Of a stretch of DNA of 64,000 bases, positions 62,635 through 64,000 are shown in pieces. The position numbers and the translations under genes are program-made. The notes beneath the pieces are model-generated. The model made no database searches. It was not told where the DNA came from and saw nothing but the letters and a program-made list of their open reading frames with translations. The first letter of the stretch is position 1, and the number at the start of each line of letters is the position of its first letter. The DNA lies in NCBI GenBank assembly GCA_965178125.1, contig OZ237773.1, positions 310,001-374,000 on the forward strand, given 5' to 3'. This DNA comes from Bilabrum cf. latius. Taxonomy: Eukaryota.

Positions 62635-64000
62635 TCAAGTAGAGCTCGACCCCGTGCGCCACCCTCCCAAGGCAGCCTGCAATGCGACCACCCTGCAGAC
62701 ATCATGGTAGAGGCACATCCCACCCGTGGCATCATACACCACGCAGCACCCGCCGAGGGGAGGCGCTGCGAATCCTCCATGAACCTCTTGGTCTCCAGCC
62801 ACCTCCTCACCCTTACCTCCATCTCCAGAAGCTTCACCAGCAGCGGCTGCTCCCGATGCAACTTTACCCTCAACACTAGTAACCCGAAGGTCATCACCAT
62901 CGTCACTATCATCACCGTCGACCCCATCTCCCATCCACCCGATCGGTACCGCCCCCTGCAACCCCCTTGGAGCCACGAGTCCGTTGCACCCCTGCTGCCC
63001 GTGGTCAATGCGGAGCAGAGGCACACCGCAGTGCAATGCACCATCCGGGTCCGTGTCACGATACGCACCGAGCACTCCTCGCTGGCCAGCAACCCCCGCC
63101 GCCTGTTCGCCTTTAACTTTAACGCCAACAGGTGAGGCATCTTCGTGTTCTCCACTTTGGGCTGACGCATCGGCACCTCCACCTTGCTCGGTTCCATCCT
63201 TTGCAACAGCACCTCCACCTTGCTCGCTTCCATCCTTTGCACCGGCACCTGGCTCATCTCCCACCTGAACCTCCTCGCCACCTTCAAGCATTTCTTCTTC
63301 TACCGCCGCCTCGACTTCCCCCCTCACCACCAGCTTGCCGTCAATCCCGAGCGTGCACTGCGCCCGCACCACCTCCAACGGACTCTCCCGGCCGAGCGAT
63401 GCAAGGGCTTCCAGCGCCGAAACACCGCCGCCTGTGAGCTTAACTGCGTCGCTGCCTGGTTCGCCGCCTGTACCCTCCTCCGCCTCCTAGTCCTACAACG
63501 CAAGCTCCCCGGCACGTTCGCCCGCACCCACTGCACGCGCAGCAATCGCCCCAAAATCCACTGGGCCCAGGTACACCGCCCCGCAGCATGCTCCTGGGTG
63601 CCCCCCCGCGAGGCGACGGAGGGGCTCAACGGATACTTCCGGGCAGTAGGCCCCCACCTCCTCCTCTGCCCCCTCGCTTGTGCCCCCGCTGCCCCCTGCG
63701 CCCAGGGACACTGACAGTTCCGCGGCGGTGCCATCGCCGGCAGCCACGAGCACCGTGCACGCCTCCCTGCACTCGTCATCCTCCGCACCCCCTACGAGTG
63801 CCACCGAATGCGGAAGCGGCGGATTCAGCACGCTCGTGCCTGCGCACAGCTCCTCGGCGTGTCCAGTGGCTCGGCCGATGTCTGCACCCCCCAGCTTGCG
63901 AAGAGAACCCCCCGCCGCAGCAACTCGGAGCGGGTACTCGTGCGACGAGTGTTCCGCACCACCGTGCAGTGCAGCTCCCTTCAGACCCCAGCACTCGATC
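62635..64000 (-). CDS. 3' part of an unknown protein (possibly WD40-like) that starts beyond the window end
   Basis: Frame open from the window end to TGA 62635 with TAGs at 63493 and 63487. The GH-containing beta-rich segments are only suggestive of WD40. Confidence 0.55.

Overview
Gene-dense, GC-rich eukaryotic (protist-like) nuclear DNA. It has short GT-AG introns (about 85-172 nt) near the 5' ends of genes and very long downstream exons. The main signal is a non-standard genetic code. The fragmented ORFs in the supplied track fall into shared reading frames separated only by in-frame TAG. Reading TAG as sense rebuilds about 22 genes (SYF1/XAB2, PhyH-family dioxygenase, DUS1-like, theta GST, M14 carboxypeptidase, FKBP12, TPR-FH2 formin, leishmanolysin/GP63-like and several unknowns). 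By manual count these contain about 100 internal TAGs and no internal TAA or TGA in the resolved exons. Genes end in TGA (18) or TAA (3). A conserved GST motif (W*H vs WQH), paralog alignments within the window (TAG opposite CAA/CAG) and TAGs inside Gln runs all point to UAG=Gln with UAA and UGA as stops, a rare code that splits UAG from UAA. Secondary signals: a formin with unusual architecture, a lineage-specific paralog family, a coding (CTG)54 tract, a 52-bp perfect palindrome, a GATC cluster and a duplicated hairpin. The organism cannot be identified from this window alone.
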